The notes under the pieces: model-generated | Databases searched by the model: none | The model's input: only the letters and a program-made list of their open reading frames with translations | Told to the model about the DNA's origin: nothing | Translations under genes and position numbers: made by a program | Part shown: positions 18,830-29,049 of the stretch, piece by piece | How positions within the stretch are numbered: position 1 is the stretch's first letter | Layout of the letters: the number at the start of each line of letters is the position of its first letter | DNA from: Alphaproteobacteria bacterium | Lineage (GTDB): Bacteria; Pseudomonadota; Alphaproteobacteria; UBA8366 | Assembly (NCBI GenBank): GCA_009377445.1 | Contig: WHUA01000004.1 | Span: forward strand, 215,630-279,629 | Direction: 5' to 3' | Length of the DNA stretch: 64,000 nucleotides

Positions 18830-20245
18830 ATGGCCCGTAATTCGACCCGCTATGTCTGCCAGTCCTGCGGCGCGATTTACCCGCGCTGGGCCGGGAAATG
18901 CGATGCATGCGATGGGTGGAACTCCATCGTCGAGGAAGCCGCCACCACGGCGGCGCCGATCGGCGGCAAGGCCGCTGCGCGCGGCGACGGCAAGCGCCGC
19001 CGCATCGAGTTCGTGCCGCTCAATGGCAGTGCGAAGCCCGCGCCGCGCCGCCTGACGCAGATCGCGGAGTTCGACCGCGTCACCGGCGGCGGCCTGGTGC
19101 ACGGCTCGGCGTTGCTGATCGGCGGCGACCCCGGCATCGGCAAGTCCACCCTGCTGCTGCAGGTCGTGGCCGCGCTCGGCGACAAGGCGCGCTGCGCCTA
19201 CATATCCGGCGAGGAGGCGGCCGACCAGGTCCAGCTCCGCGCCAACCGGCTCGGCGTCGCGAACCGGCCGATCGAGCTCGCCGCCGCCACCGACATGCGC
19301 GACATCATCGCCACGCTCGACACGCCGGACCATCCGGAATTCGTCGTCATCGACTCGATCCAGACGATGTATATCGACGCCCTGGAGTCGGCGCCCGGCA
19401 CGGTCGCGCAAGTGCGCGCCTGCGCGCAGGAGATCATCCGCCTCGCCAAGCGCCGCGGCTTCACCGTGCTACTGGTCGGCCACGTAACCAAGGAGGGCAC
19501 GATCGCCGGCCCACGCGTGCTGGAGCACATGGTCGACACCGTCCTTTATTTCGAGGGCGAGCGCGGTCACCAGTTCCGCATCCTGCGCGCCGTGAAGAAC
19601 CGCTTCGGCCCGACCGACGAAATCGGCGTGTTCGAGATGACCGACCGCGGCCTTGCCGAGGTGCCGAACCCGTCCGCGCTGTTCCTGGCCGAGCGGCAGG
19701 GCGAGGTCGCGGGCGCCACGGTGTTTGCCGGGGTCGAAGGATCGAGGCCGATGCTGGTCGAGATCCAGGCCCTGGTCGCCCCTTCCCCGCTCGGCACGCC
19801 CCGCCGGGCCGTGGTCGGCTGGGACGGCAACCGGCTCGCCATGGTCATGGCCGTGCTGGAGGCCCGCTGCGGATTGCAGTTTGGTGGAAATGATATATAT
19901 CTCAATGTCGCGGGAGGGTTGCGCGTGACGGAGCCGGCAGCCGATCTCGCCGTCGCGGCGGCCCTGGCGTCTTCGATATCGGGCCGGCCGGTGCCCGCCG
20001 ATTTGGTCGTCTTCGGGGAGATCGGGTTGTCTGGGGAAGTAAGACCCGTTGGCCAGATGGAAGCGCGGCTCAAGGAGGCCGAAAAGCTGGGATTTGCCGG
20101 GGCCCTGCTGCCGGAGCGGCGCAAAGGCGCGAAGGGCGCGAAATCCAGCGGTGGCCTCAAGCTTCACGAATTACGCGATCTCGGGGGGCTGACCCGGATG
20201 TTCGAGCCGGGAAGCGGCCCCATACGCATCGTAGGACGAGCCTGA
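18830..20245 (+). CDS. radA: DNA repair protein RadA
   Basis: 471 aa. Zn-ribbon CQSCGAIYPRWAGKCDACDGWNS, Walker A GDPGIGKSTLLLQ, KNRFG motif, Lon-like C-terminus. Confidence 0.95.
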   Translation: MARNSTRYVCQSCGAIYPRWAGKCDACDGWNSIVEEAATTAAPIGGKAAARGDGKRRRIEFVPLNGSAKPAPRRLTQIAEFDRVTGGGLVHGSALLIGGDPGIGKSTLLLQVVAALGDKARCAYISGEEAADQVQLRANRLGVANRPIELAAATDMRDIIATLDTPDHPEFVVIDSIQTMYIDALESAPGTVAQVRACAQEIIRLAKRRGFTVLLVGHVTKEGTIAGPRVLEHMVDTVLYFEGERGHQFRILRAVKNRFGPTDEIGVFEMTDRGLAEVPNPSALFLAERQGEVAGATVFAGVEGSRPMLVEIQALVAPSPLGTPRRAVVGWDGNRLAMVMAVLEARCGLQFGGNDIYLNVAGGLRVTEPAADLAVAAALASSISGRPVPADLVVFGEIGLSGEVRPVGQMEARLKEAEKLGFAGALLPERRKGAKGAKSSGGLKLHELRDLGGLTRMFEPGSGPIRIVGRA

Positions 20246-20929
20246 ATGAGCAGCCTTCCCTTCGGCATTATCGATATCTGCTTCGTCGCAATTCTCGTCA
20301 TTTCAGGAATATTAGCCTATATCCGCGGGTTCGTGCGCGAGGTCCTCTCGGTCGCCGCCTGGGTCGGCGCCACCTTCGTCACTCTCTACGGATATCCCCA
20401 TCTTCAGCCGATCGCCCGCGAGCATATCGAAAACCGGATGCTGGCCGACGGGGCGGCCGGGGGCTTGCTTTTCGTCGGCTCGCTCATCATTTTCTCCATA
20501 GTCGCATCGGTTCTTTCGCGCAGCGTCCGGGAAAGCGCGGCAAGCGGCTTCGACCGGTCGCTGGGGTTCGCATTCGGCGTGCTCCGGGGGGTCATCCTGA
20601 TCAGCCTCCTGTATCTGAGCGCGGCCTGGTTCTGGGACCGGGATAAGCTGCCGAGCGCGGTGCTCGAGGCCCGCACCTTCCCGCTGATCGACGGCAGCGC
20701 GCAGATTCTGCTCAGCCTGGTACCCAACGATGCGCGGCAGTCGGCGGAGAAGGCCACCGGCATCGCCAAGGACGCGACCGACCGGGCCATCAATGCGGAA
20801 AGGACCCTGCGGGGCCTGATGCAGCCGCAGCCGGAGAACAAACCGGTCACGGAGGGCGGACCCGGGCAAAGCGGCTACGGCAAGTCCGAGCGCAGCGAAA
20901 TGCAGCGCCTTATCGAGAGCAAGCAGTAA
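20246..20929 (+). CDS. cvpA: CvpA family membrane protein
   Basis: 227 aa, 4 predicted TM segments. Conserved radA-cvpA-purF order. Confidence 0.85.
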   Translation: MSSLPFGIIDICFVAILVISGILAYIRGFVREVLSVAAWVGATFVTLYGYPHLQPIAREHIENRMLADGAAGGLLFVGSLIIFSIVASVLSRSVRESAASGFDRSLGFAFGVLRGVILISLLYLSAAWFWDRDKLPSAVLEARTFPLIDGSAQILLSLVPNDARQSAEKATGIAKDATDRAINAERTLRGLMQPQPENKPVTEGGPGQSGYGKSERSEMQRLIESKQ

Positions 20930-20955
20930 TCTTGAATTCGCAGCCAGAGGACGCA

Positions 20956-22416
20956 ATGCAGAAAGTCATCACTACAAATCCCTACGACGATGATCATCTG
21001 CACGAGGAATGCGCCGTCTTCGGCATCTATGGGCATAGCGAGGCCGCGGCCCTCGTCGCGCTCGGGCTGCACGCGCTCCAGCATCGCGGCCAGGAAGCCG
21101 CCGGCATCGTCACCCATGACGGCGCCCAGTTCCACGCTCACCGGGGCATCGGCCTGGTGGGCGATATTTTTGCCGACCGGACGGTGATCGCGCGGCTCAA
21201 GGGAAATGTCGCGATCGGCCATACCCGGTATTCGACCACCGGCGAGCCGATGCTGCGCAACGTCCAGCCGCTGTTCGCCGAGCTCGAGATCGGCGGCCTC
21301 GCCATCGCGCACAACGGCAACCTGACCAACGCGCGCACGGTGCGGAAGGAGCTCGTCTCCAACGGCTGCATCTTCCAGTCGACGACGGACACGGAGATCA
21401 TCATCCATATCATGGCGACCACGCGGGGCACCGTCGTGGATCGCCTCATCGCCGCGCTGCGACAGGTCGAAGGCGCCTATTCCCTCGCCGTGATGGGGCA
21501 GGATTACCTGATCGGCGTGCGCGATCCATACGGCGTGCGGCCGCTGGTCCTGGGACAGCTCGGCGACGCCTATATCTTCGCGTCCGAGACCTGCGCCTTC
21601 GACATCATCGGCGCGACCTATGTGCGCGACGTGGAGCCGGGCGAGCTGATCGTGGTCGATGCCGAGGGCATCCACAGCCACCGGCCTTTCCCGGTCACCA
21701 AGTCGCGGTTCTGCATCTTCGAGCACATCTACTTTTCCAAGCCGGACAGCATCGTCGACGGCACCTCGGTCTATGAAGCGCGCAAGCGGATCGGCATCGA
21801 GCTGGCGCGCGAGCACCCCGTCGACGCCGACGTCACGGTGCCGGTCCCCGATTCCGGCGTCCCCTCGGCGATCGGCTTCGCCGCCGAATCCGGCATGTCC
21901 TACGACCTCGGAATCATCCGCAATCACTATGTCGGCCGCACCTTCATCGAGCCGAGCGACGAGATCCGCCACCTCGGCGTCAAGCTGAAGCATAACGCCA
22001 ACCGCGCCGTCATCCAGGGCAAGCGGGTGGTGCTGGTCGACGACTCCATCGTGCGCGGCACGACGTCCCGCAAGATCGTCGAGATGGTGCGCAACGCGGG
22101 CGCGCGCGAAGTCCATATGCGAATCTCGAGCCCGCCGACCACCCATTCGTGCTTCTACGGCGTCGACACCCCCGAACGCGACCAATTGCTGGCGGCCAAT
22201 CACGACGTCGAGGAAATGCGCCGGATCATCGGCGCGGACAGCCTGGCCTTCATCTCCATCGACGGGCTTTACCGGGCCATGGGGCTTTCGGGGCGGAACG
22301 CGGCCGATCCCCAGTATTGCGACGCCTGCTTCACCGGCGACTATCCGCTCCGCCTGACCGACCGGCTGGGCGGAAACGGGGCGCGGCAGTTGTCGCTGCT
22401 CGCCGAATCGGCCTGA
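20956..22416 (+). CDS. purF: amidophosphoribosyltransferase
   Basis: ORF 20932..22416 begins at a TTG. ATG at 20956 has a [17 protein letters not shown]-terminal Cys nucleophile, [17 protein letters not shown] motif. Confidence 0.95.
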   Translation: MQKVITTNPYDDDHLHEECAVFGIYGHSEAAALVALGLHALQHRGQEAAGIVTHDGAQFHAHRGIGLVGDIFADRTVIARLKGNVAIGHTRYSTTGEPMLRNVQPLFAELEIGGLAIAHNGNLTNARTVRKELVSNGCIFQSTTDTEIIIHIMATTRGTVVDRLIAALRQVEGAYSLAVMGQDYLIGVRDPYGVRPLVLGQLGDAYIFASETCAFDIIGATYVRDVEPGELIVVDAEGIHSHRPFPVTKSRFCIFEHIYFSKPDSIVDGTSVYEARKRIGIELAREHPVDADVTVPVPDSGVPSAIGFAAESGMSYDLGIIRNHYVGRTFIEPSDEIRHLGVKLKHNANRAVIQGKRVVLVDDSIVRGTTSRKIVEMVRNAGAREVHMRISSPPTTHSCFYGVDTPERDQLLAANHDVEEMRRIIGADSLAFISIDGLYRAMGLSGRNAADPQYCDACFTGDYPLRLTDRLGGNGARQLSLLAESA

Positions 22417-23168
22417 TGGCGCAGCACGGGCGACTGGAAGGCCGGATTGCGCTGATCACCGGGGCGAGCCGCGGCATCGGCGCCGCCGTGGCGAAGCGCT
22501 TCGCGGCCGAGGGGGCGCGTCTCGTGCTCGCCGCGCGCACCGTCGGCGGGCTGGAAGAGACCGACGACGCGGTGCGCCGTGCGGGCGGCAGCGCCGCCAC
22601 GCTGGTGCCGGTGGACCTCACCGACGGCGCCGCGGTCGACCAGCTCGGCGGCGCGCTGCATCAGAAGTTCGGCCGTCTCGATATTCTCGTCGGCAATGCG
22701 GCGGCCCTGGGCGACTTGTCCCCGGTCGGCCACATCGAGCCGAAAACATGGGATGCGACGGTCGCCATCAACCTCACCGCCAACTATCGCCTCATCCGCA
22801 GCCTGGACCCGCTGCTGCGCCTTTCGGACGCCGGGCGCGCCCTCTTCGTGTCGTCCGGCGCGGCGCGCAACGCCAACGCCTTCTGGGGCGCCTATGCCGC
22901 GACGAAGGCCGGGCTGGAAACGCTCGTGAAATGCTATGCCAACGAGATGCGGAATACGACGGTGCGCGCGAACCTGGTCGATCCGGGCGGCCAGCGCACC
23001 AGAATGCGCGCTCACGCCTTCCCCGGAGAGGACCCGGCGACCCTGCCGGCACCGGACGAAATGACCGGTGTCTTCGTCGACCTTGCCGAGGCCTCGTGCA
23101 GCCGCACGGGGGAGATCGTCAGGGCGTATCGGCACCCAGCCGCTCATGCTTCGACAGGCTCAGCATGA
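22416..23168 (+). CDS. SDR family oxidoreductase
   Basis: In frame in ORF 22149..23168. Start [26 protein letters not shown] (ATG overlaps purF TGA). YAATKAG catalytic motif. Last ~9 codons and stop lie in hairpin repeat copy 2. Confidence 0.85.
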   Translation: MAQHGRLEGRIALITGASRGIGAAVAKRFAAEGARLVLAARTVGGLEETDDAVRRAGGSAATLVPVDLTDGAAVDQLGGALHQKFGRLDILVGNAAALGDLSPVGHIEPKTWDATVAINLTANYRLIRSLDPLLRLSDAGRALFVSSGAARNANAFWGAYAATKAGLETLVKCYANEMRNTTVRANLVDPGGQRTRMRAHAFPGEDPATLPAPDEMTGVFVDLAEASCSRTGEIVRAYRHPAAHASTGSA

Positions 23169-23225
23169 GGTTAGCTATTGTAAAACAATGATATAGACCT
23201 CATCCTGAGCCTGTCGAAGGATGAG
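23143..23225. repeat. hairpin (MITE/REP-like) repeat, copy 2
   Basis: ctcatgcttcgacaggctcagcatgagg / loop ttagctattgtaaaacaatgatatag / acctcatcctgagcctgtcgaaggatgag. Arms are near-perfect reverse complements. Lies between convergent SDR(+) and der(-). Confidence 0.85.
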
Positions 23226-23242
23226 TACGCGCCGCACTTCCC

Positions 23243-24628
23243 TCACTTCCGCCCGCGTTTTTTCGGTGCGAAAGGGTTCTCGCCCTGGCGGAACTGCAGG
23301 CGGATCGGCACGCCCTCGATGCCGAAGTCCTGGCGCAGTCCATTGATCAGGTAGCGGCGGTAGGATTCCGGCAGGTCCTGGGGCCGGGAGCCCCAGATGA
23401 CGAATGTCGGCGGCCGCGTCTTCAACTGCGTCATGTAGCGCAGGCGGACGCGCCGGCCCGTGGAAGCGAGCGGCGGCGGATGGCCGTCCACCACCAGCGC
23501 GAGCCAGCGGTTGAGCTCGCCGGTCGACACACGGCGGTTCCAGATGTCGTAAATGTCGAATACCGCCTGCATCAGCTTGTCGAGATTCTGTCCCCGTAAA
23601 GCCGATACCGTCACGACCGGGATGCCGCGCACCTGCGGCAGCGAAGTCTGCATCCGGTCCCTGAGGCTCCGCATCGCCTCCGCCGGATTCTTGACCGCGT
23701 CCCATTTATTCGCGGCGATGACCAGCGCACGCCCCTCGTCGACGACCAGCCGGGCGATCGTGAGGTCCTGCTTCTCCAGCATGACCGTCGCGTCGAGCAG
23801 CAGCACGGCGACATTGGCAAAGCGGATCGTGCGAAGCGTGTCGTCGACCGACAGCTTCTCCAGCTTGTCGGCGACACGCGACTTCCGGCGGAGCCCGGCG
23901 GTGTCGACCAGCTCGAGCGAACGGCCGCGATATTCCCAATCCACCATGATGGCGTCGCGCGTGATGCCCGCTTCGGGGCCGGTGAGCAGCCGCTCCTCGC
24001 CGATCAGGCGGTTGACCAGTGTCGATTTTCCCGTGTTCGGCCGCCCGATGATCGCCAGGCGCAGCGGCCCCGCTTCCGGCTCCGCGCCGTCCGCCGGCAG
24101 GGCGTCATCCGCGCCGCCTTCGTCCTCCGGCGCGCCGCCCAGATGGGGAAGGATCACACCGAGCAGCTCGGCCATGCCCTCGCCATGCTCCGCCGACATC
24201 GCGATCGGGTCGCCGAGGCCGAGGCGATAGCTTTCGTACACGCCGGGATCGGCCGCCGCGCTTTCGCATTTGTTCGCGACCACGATCGCAGGCTTGTGGC
24301 GTTGGCGCACCCAATCGGCGAAATGCTCGTCCACCGGCGTGACCCCGGCGCGCGCATCGATCATCAGCAGCACGAGGTCGCTGTCGTCGATCGCCTTTTC
24401 CGTCTGCACGCGCATGCGTTCCTCGAGCGCGCCCGCCCCCGCTTCCTCGAGCCCCGCGGTATCGATCGCGCGGAAGGCGACGCCGGCGATCGACGCCATG
24501 CCTTCGCGCCGGTCGCGCGTCACGCCCGGCGTGTCGTCGACGATGGCGATCCGCTTGCCGACCAGCCGGTTGAACAGCGTCGACTTCCCGACATTCGGGC
24601 GTCCAACGATGGCGACGGTGAAAGTCAT
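23243..24628 (-). CDS. der: ribosome-biogenesis GTPase Der (EngA)
   Basis: 461 aa. Two G domains (GRPNVGKST and GRPNTGKST) plus a KH-like C-terminus. Confidence 0.95.
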   Translation of the reverse strand: MTFTVAIVGRPNVGKSTLFNRLVGKRIAIVDDTPGVTRDRREGMASIAGVAFRAIDTAGLEEAGAGALEERMRVQTEKAIDDSDLVLLMIDARAGVTPVDEHFADWVRQRHKPAIVVANKCESAAADPGVYESYRLGLGDPIAMSAEHGEGMAELLGVILPHLGGAPEDEGGADDALPADGAEPEAGPLRLAIIGRPNTGKSTLVNRLIGEERLLTGPEAGITRDAIMVDWEYRGRSLELVDTAGLRRKSRVADKLEKLSVDDTLRTIRFANVAVLLLDATVMLEKQDLTIARLVVDEGRALVIAANKWDAVKNPAEAMRSLRDRMQTSLPQVRGIPVVTVSALRGQNLDKLMQAVFDIYDIWNRRVSTGELNRWLALVVDGHPPPLASTGRRVRLRYMTQLKTRPPTFVIWGSRPQDLPESYRRYLINGLRQDFGIEGVPIRLQFRQGENPFAPKKRGRK

Positions 24629-24670
24629 CCTCGATCCTCGCTCGGAGCGCCGCGGCGCCCCTGCGTCCCG

Positions 24671-26011
24671 TCAGCGATAGGCGATGAGATCCGCGTCGTC
24701 GGTCAGGAAGTAGATGGTTTCCTTTGCGACGACCGGCGGCATGAGAATTCCATCCGGCACCGACATGCGCCCGAGCGGCTCGCCGGTATAGGGCGATACG
24801 GTCATCACCTCGCCGTGGCTGCCCGTGACGATCAGGCGGTCGCCCGCCAGAACCGGGCCGGCCCAGCGGATCGGATCTTTCTTCTTGTCCGGATTCTCAT
24901 AGCGCGGCAGCGGCTGCACCCAGCGAATGCGCCCGCCGTCGCGCGTCAGGCAATAGAGCTCGTTGTCGTTGCTCAGCACGAAGATGAACTCGCCGGCGAC
25001 CCAGGGCATGTCGACGCCGCCGATGCTGCGCTCCCAGGCCCGCGCGCCGCTGCGCTGATCGATCGCGACGAGGCGCCCGGAATGGCTGACCGCATAGACG
25101 ATGCCGCGGTCGATCACCGGGCTGCCGCGGATATGCGCCAGCGACGCCATGGCGTCGATGCGGCGGATGGCGGTCAGGTTGTCGGACCAGACGACGCGGC
25201 CGTTCTCGGCGCGCATGGCGAAGATCTCGCCCGAGCTGTACGGCACCACCACGGTCGACCCGTCGACCGCCACGCTGCCGCCGCCCAGCAGCCCGGCCGA
25301 CTCGCTGATCGCCGTGTGAGTCCATTTCTTTTCGCCGGTATCTGCATCCAGCACATTCAGTTGGTTGTCGATGGTGACGACATAGAGCCGGCCGCCGGCG
25401 ACGGTCGGCGCGGCGCGCATCGGGCCCGGCAGCGTCTGCATCCAGACTTGGCGGCCCGTCTGCGCGTCGAGCGCGATGACGTCTCCGAAGCCCGTCGTGA
25501 CGTAGAGCCGGCCCATGCTGTAAGCGAGCCCGCCGCCGAACGCCTCGCGGTCCTCCTTCGGCACTTTCGTTTCATGATGCCAAAGCCGTTCGCCGGTCGC
25601 CGCGCTATAGGCGGAGATTTCGAAATCGATATCCATGACGAAGACGCGGTCGTCGGCGACGACAGGCCGGGACAGCAGCTTGCGGCCCTTTTGCGATCCG
25701 TCGCCGATATCGACCTGCCAGGCCTTCGACGGCGCGGCGGCCAGCCCCAGGTGATACATCGCGTGGGTAGGAACGCCGCCCGATTCAGGCCATGCCACGT
25801 TGGCGTAGGGTTTCGGCAGCATGACGCGGAGGTCGGCCACACGGGGGTCGGCTTCCAGCTCCCCCTCGTTCACCATGACCGCGATCCGTTCTCCCGGCAG
25901 CGGCGGCGGCTTGCGGTTCGGAAGCATGCTCTCGATCCAATCGCATCCGGCCAGCACCAGCAACAGAAGGAGAATGACGGCGAATGGTCGCAGACTGCGG
26001 TGCCCGGACAT
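24671..26011 (-). CDS. bamB: outer membrane protein assembly factor BamB (PQQ-like beta-propeller lipoprotein)
   Basis: 446 aa. Lipobox LVLAGC, repeated beta-propeller blades. Conserved yfgM-bamB-der order. Confidence 0.85.
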   Translation of the reverse strand: MSGHRSLRPFAVILLLLLVLAGCDWIESMLPNRKPPPLPGERIAVMVNEGELEADPRVADLRVMLPKPYANVAWPESGGVPTHAMYHLGLAAAPSKAWQVDIGDGSQKGRKLLSRPVVADDRVFVMDIDFEISAYSAATGERLWHHETKVPKEDREAFGGGLAYSMGRLYVTTGFGDVIALDAQTGRQVWMQTLPGPMRAAPTVAGGRLYVVTIDNQLNVLDADTGEKKWTHTAISESAGLLGGGSVAVDGSTVVVPYSSGEIFAMRAENGRVVWSDNLTAIRRIDAMASLAHIRGSPVIDRGIVYAVSHSGRLVAIDQRSGARAWERSIGGVDMPWVAGEFIFVLSNDNELYCLTRDGGRIRWVQPLPRYENPDKKKDPIRWAGPVLAGDRLIVTGSHGEVMTVSPYTGEPLGRMSVPDGILMPPVVAKETIYFLTDDADLIAYR

Positions 26012-26029
26012 CGGCTCCCCAGCGCCTCC

Positions 26030-26707
26030 TTACTGTTTCAACGCGCGTAGCATTTCCACCGCGCGCGCGCGCACGCCGGCAGGGGTCTTGGGATCGTCCG
26101 CGAGCGTCGTGAAGCTCTCGCGCGCCTTGTCCCCCTCGCCTTTGCGGAGGTTCAGCAACGCCGCCAATTCCCGCGCGGAATAACGCCACGGGCTCTTGGG
26201 TTCCAGCAACGGCACGAGGCGCTTCGCGAGATCGTCGGGATCGCCGGAGTCCAGCATGGCGAGCATGTAGTAGAGCGCGGCGAGCCCGGCATAGAGCGCG
26301 TCGGCGCTGCCGTCCTTGGCGATGACGTCGTAGATCGCGACGGCCCCGGCGCGATCGCCCTGGCGCAACTTGATGGCGGCGGCGCGGAAGCGCGCCAGCG
26401 TCCCGTAGCCTGCGCCGGCGTCCTGCGCCAGCGCGCCGAGGGCGTCCAGCGCCTCCGCCTCCTTCTTGTTCTGGATCAGCGAGAGCGCGGCGGAGAACCG
26501 TTCGCCATATTCGGCCTGTTGGCGCAAACGGTATTCCTTCCAGCCGACGTAACTTGCCGTCGCCACGACGATGAACACCGCGACGCCGACGATGTAGCGG
26601 CCATAGCGCTTCCAATGCTGGGCAGCCTTGTCGCGGCGCAGATCCTCTTCGACTTCGCGGAATATGTCGGCCAATATGCTCTCCAAGCGGCGGAAGGGCG
26701 GTACCAT
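26030..26707 (-). CDS. YfgM-like membrane-anchored TPR protein
   Basis: ORF 26030..26731(-). ...ADIFREVEEDLRRDKAAQHWKRYGRYIVGVAVFIVVATA (single TM) then TPR-like helices. Start ambiguous (ATG 26707 or a downstream TTG). Confidence 0.7.
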   Translation of the reverse strand: MVPPFRRLESILADIFREVEEDLRRDKAAQHWKRYGRYIVGVAVFIVVATASYVGWKEYRLRQQAEYGERFSAALSLIQNKKEAEALDALGALAQDAGAGYGTLARFRAAAIKLRQGDRAGAVAIYDVIAKDGSADALYAGLAALYYMLAMLDSGDPDDLAKRLVPLLEPKSPWRYSARELAALLNLRKGEGDKARESFTTLADDPKTPAGVRARAVEMLRALKQ

Positions 26708-26912
26708 AGCCTCGCCGCCGGGCGCTGGCAAACCCCAAAACAGGAGTCGCGCAACGCCGATTCCGTCGATGAATCAATGGCCCAATGAATGCCGGCCGGC
26801 TGTTTCAGCCCCTCCTCCCCTTGCGCGGCCTTCTGCGATGAGCGAGAATGGCGCCGATTGATGAAGGGTGGTTCGACCCGGATCGATCGCTTTTCGAAAG
26901 ATACCGCTGGCG

Positions 26913-27275
26913 ATGATCCCGGTGGGAGACGATATCGACTGCATAGGGAAAGGCCGGCGCCAGGCCGGCATCGCCCTTGCGTTGAGCGCCGCGCTGGTCA
27001 CGGCATGCGGCGCGCCCTCGACGGTATATGTGGGCAGCGCCATGCTGGCCAATTTCGTATACACGGACAAGATGCCGACCGACTATCTGGCGGAATTCGC
27101 CAGCGGTCAGGAGTGCAACTTCCTGAAAGCGCAAGAGGACGGCGGCCCGCTCTGCCGCGACTCCTTCGAGCGCGTGGTATACGAGCCGCCGCTCTACTGT
27201 TATCGCACGCTCGGCGAGATCGCCTGTTTCGACAGGCGGGATCCGGACCGGCGTACGACGACGGAAGTCCGGTAA
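26913..27275 (+). CDS. hypothetical lipoprotein
   Basis: ORF 26868..27275 starts at a GTG. ATG at 26913 gives MIPVGDDIDCIGKGRRQAGIALALSAALVTAC (lipobox). Cys-rich mature part. No family recognised. Confidence 0.55.
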   Translation: MIPVGDDIDCIGKGRRQAGIALALSAALVTACGAPSTVYVGSAMLANFVYTDKMPTDYLAEFASGQECNFLKAQEDGGPLCRDSFERVVYEPPLYCYRTLGEIACFDRRDPDRRTTTEVR

Positions 27276-27383
27276 GGGGCCGACCCATGCCAGCCCGCAT
27301 CCTTCTCGGATCGTGGTTCGGCAGGGTCGAATATCAGCCTTCGCAGGAAAAAGACGAAGTCTTCGAGGGAGGCTCGTAGCACG

Positions 27384-27725
27384 ATGGCGGACTTGGTGCG
27401 CCTGAGCGAACACCGCCGAAACAAGGGCAAGCGCGTCACTTTCGACCGGCAGGAGCTTCGCCAGTTGCTCGACGTCTACAGCCGGCGGGTGGCCAGCGGC
27501 GAATGGAAGGATTACGCCATCGACCTGCGGCATGGCGTCGCGGTATTTTCAATTTTCCGCCACACCTTCGACCTGCCCGTCTTCACCGTCGCCAAGCGTA
27601 CCGGCAACGGCCGCCACTGCGACTATCTGCTGTTCAGCGGCCGCGAGCAGATCAAGCACGGGCAGACGATCGGTGAGGTCCTGTCGATCTTCAATCGCCC
27701 TCTCCGCCTCATTTCGCACCGCTGA
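27384..27725 (+). CDS. DUF2794 domain protein
   Basis: 113 aa. ...VTFDRQELRQLLDVYSRRVASGEWKDYAIDL..., the hallmark I associate with DUF2794. Confidence 0.75.
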   Translation: MADLVRLSEHRRNKGKRVTFDRQELRQLLDVYSRRVASGEWKDYAIDLRHGVAVFSIFRHTFDLPVFTVAKRTGNGRHCDYLLFSGREQIKHGQTIGEVLSIFNRPLRLISHR

Positions 27726-27786
27726 CCGGCGGCCGGCGGCCGTCCGAAAACCCCCTCTCGGCTTGCCTCTCAACTTGCCGCTCAGC

Positions 27787-27815
27787 TTGACTGGCGAAAA
27801 ATGTTCCTGTTATGT
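27787..27815 (+). promoter_or_regulatory. sigma70-like promoter candidate (TTGACT-17 nt-TTATGT)
   Basis: ttgact (27787-27792), 17-nt spacer, ttatgt (27810-27815), ~75 nt upstream of the ATG at 27890. Preceded by three cttgcc/cttgac-type direct repeats. Confidence 0.35.
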
Positions 27816-27889
27816 TCTTTTCGCCGGCGCAATGAACCGGCGAAGGACGGCCGGGGCCCTGTGGGGGATTTAGGGGGGCGGGACTTAGC

Positions 27890-28249
27890 ATGGGACGCAT
27901 GAAGCAGGATCGCCTCGCGGAGGAAGAGCGCCGCCGCCGCGCCACCATCCTCGGCGAGCTGCGGCGGGAACAGGTCGACGTCTTCTGCTGGTGCAACCGG
28001 TGCGCGCACAATGCGGTCGTGCCGGTCGAGATGCTCGTCGCCCAGCTTGGGCCCGATTTCCCGGTTCCGGATGTCGGCGCGCATCTGCGCTGCAGCGGAT
28101 GCGGCAGCAAGGATATCGCGGCGCGCCCGGCTTGGCCCTCGCTGGGCCAGGTGACGCGCCATCATGCCGTCCGCAAGGACGCGCCGGATGCGCCCGATGC
28201 GGGGGAGACAGACGGCGCGCGCATGCCGGCAATTACGGCAGGCGATTGA
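27890..28249 (+). CDS. conserved hypothetical zinc-ribbon protein (CxCxxC...CxxC, ARPxW motif)
   Basis: 119 aa. ...VDVFCWCNRCAHNAVVPVEML...PVPDVGAHLRCSGCGSKDIAARPAWPS. Resembles a small alphaproteobacterial family often seen near mobile DNA. Confidence 0.55.
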   Translation: MGRMKQDRLAEEERRRRATILGELRREQVDVFCWCNRCAHNAVVPVEMLVAQLGPDFPVPDVGAHLRCSGCGSKDIAARPAWPSLGQVTRHHAVRKDAPDAPDAGETDGARMPAITAGD

Positions 28250-28424
28250 CGCGCTTCCGAGTCGCGGCATGGAATCCGAGGCGTTGTCATGCCGCCATCC
28301 GGCGGCCGCCGTCCGATCCCATACCCACGGCGCCGCCGGCATGGCGCCGGAAAAGCGGCTCGAAAAAAAATCCGACACTCAACTGCAACACTTGCAAAGT
28401 GTTTTTGAATTACATGGCAGAAGT

Positions 28425-28472
28425 TTATCCGCATACCGTTGACGCGGTCCGAGACTCACTTCATAAAAGTTA
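28425..28472 (+). promoter_or_regulatory. DnaA-box-like 9-mer plus sigma70-like promoter upstream of gcrA
   Basis: TTATCCGCA (28425-28433, 8/9 match to TTATCCACA), then ttgacg (28439-44)-17 nt-cataaa. A GACTC (GANTC, CcrM-type) site lies in the spacer at 28453-28457. Confidence 0.35.
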
Positions 28473-28607
28473 ACGACGCTACGGCTTGTGGTGGGGCCCG
28501 CGTCGATATATTGTGGCTTCGGAGCATAAAAATACGAGATCTAGTCCCACCGTGCGCTCTCGGTGTAAGGGCTAGCTGGCCAAAAAAGACACGGAGAGAG
28601 GCAACGA

Positions 28608-28937
28608 ATGGTCTGGACCGACCACCGCGTGGAGCAGTTGAAGTCACTGTGGAACGAGGGGAAATCAGCAAGTCAAATCGCCGACTTGTTGGGGGATGTC
28701 ACCCGGAACGCCGTCATCGGGAAGGCACATAGATTGGGGCTGTCGTCACGGCCCTCGCCGATCAAGCGCAAGACGTTCATTCTGCCGCTTGGCAACGAGC
28801 GGATGTGCCAATGGCCGATCGGCAATCCCGGTGAACCGGATTTTCGATTTTGCAGTCAGTCTGCGGAGCCTGCGCGGCCATATTGCCACCAGCACTGCGC
28901 GCTGGCGTATCGGCGCAAGGCCGAGTCCGCCGCGTAG
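28608..28937 (+). CDS. gcrA: GcrA cell-cycle regulator (short form)
   Basis: 109 aa. MVWTDHRVEQLKSLWNEGKSASQIADLLG..TRNAVIGKAHRLGL, and C-terminal CQWPIGNPGEPDFRFC...YCHQHCALAY. GGAGAGAGG SD. Confidence 0.85.
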   Translation: MVWTDHRVEQLKSLWNEGKSASQIADLLGDVTRNAVIGKAHRLGLSSRPSPIKRKTFILPLGNERMCQWPIGNPGEPDFRFCSQSAEPARPYCHQHCALAYRRKAESAA

Positions 28938-29049
28938 CCGCCCTGAACGGCTGGCGCAATCGGATGCGGGGCGCTCGGCGCGTGGCCGTCACGCAGCCGA
29001 GCGAATCTGCAACCTGCGCGAGAAATTAAACAGGCGCCGCCGGGCCAGA

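Noticed and set aside
24143-26050. 635-aa plus-strand ORF across der and bamB
   Set aside because: Antisense to two well-supported genes. The composition is R/A/D/H-rich with no motifs.
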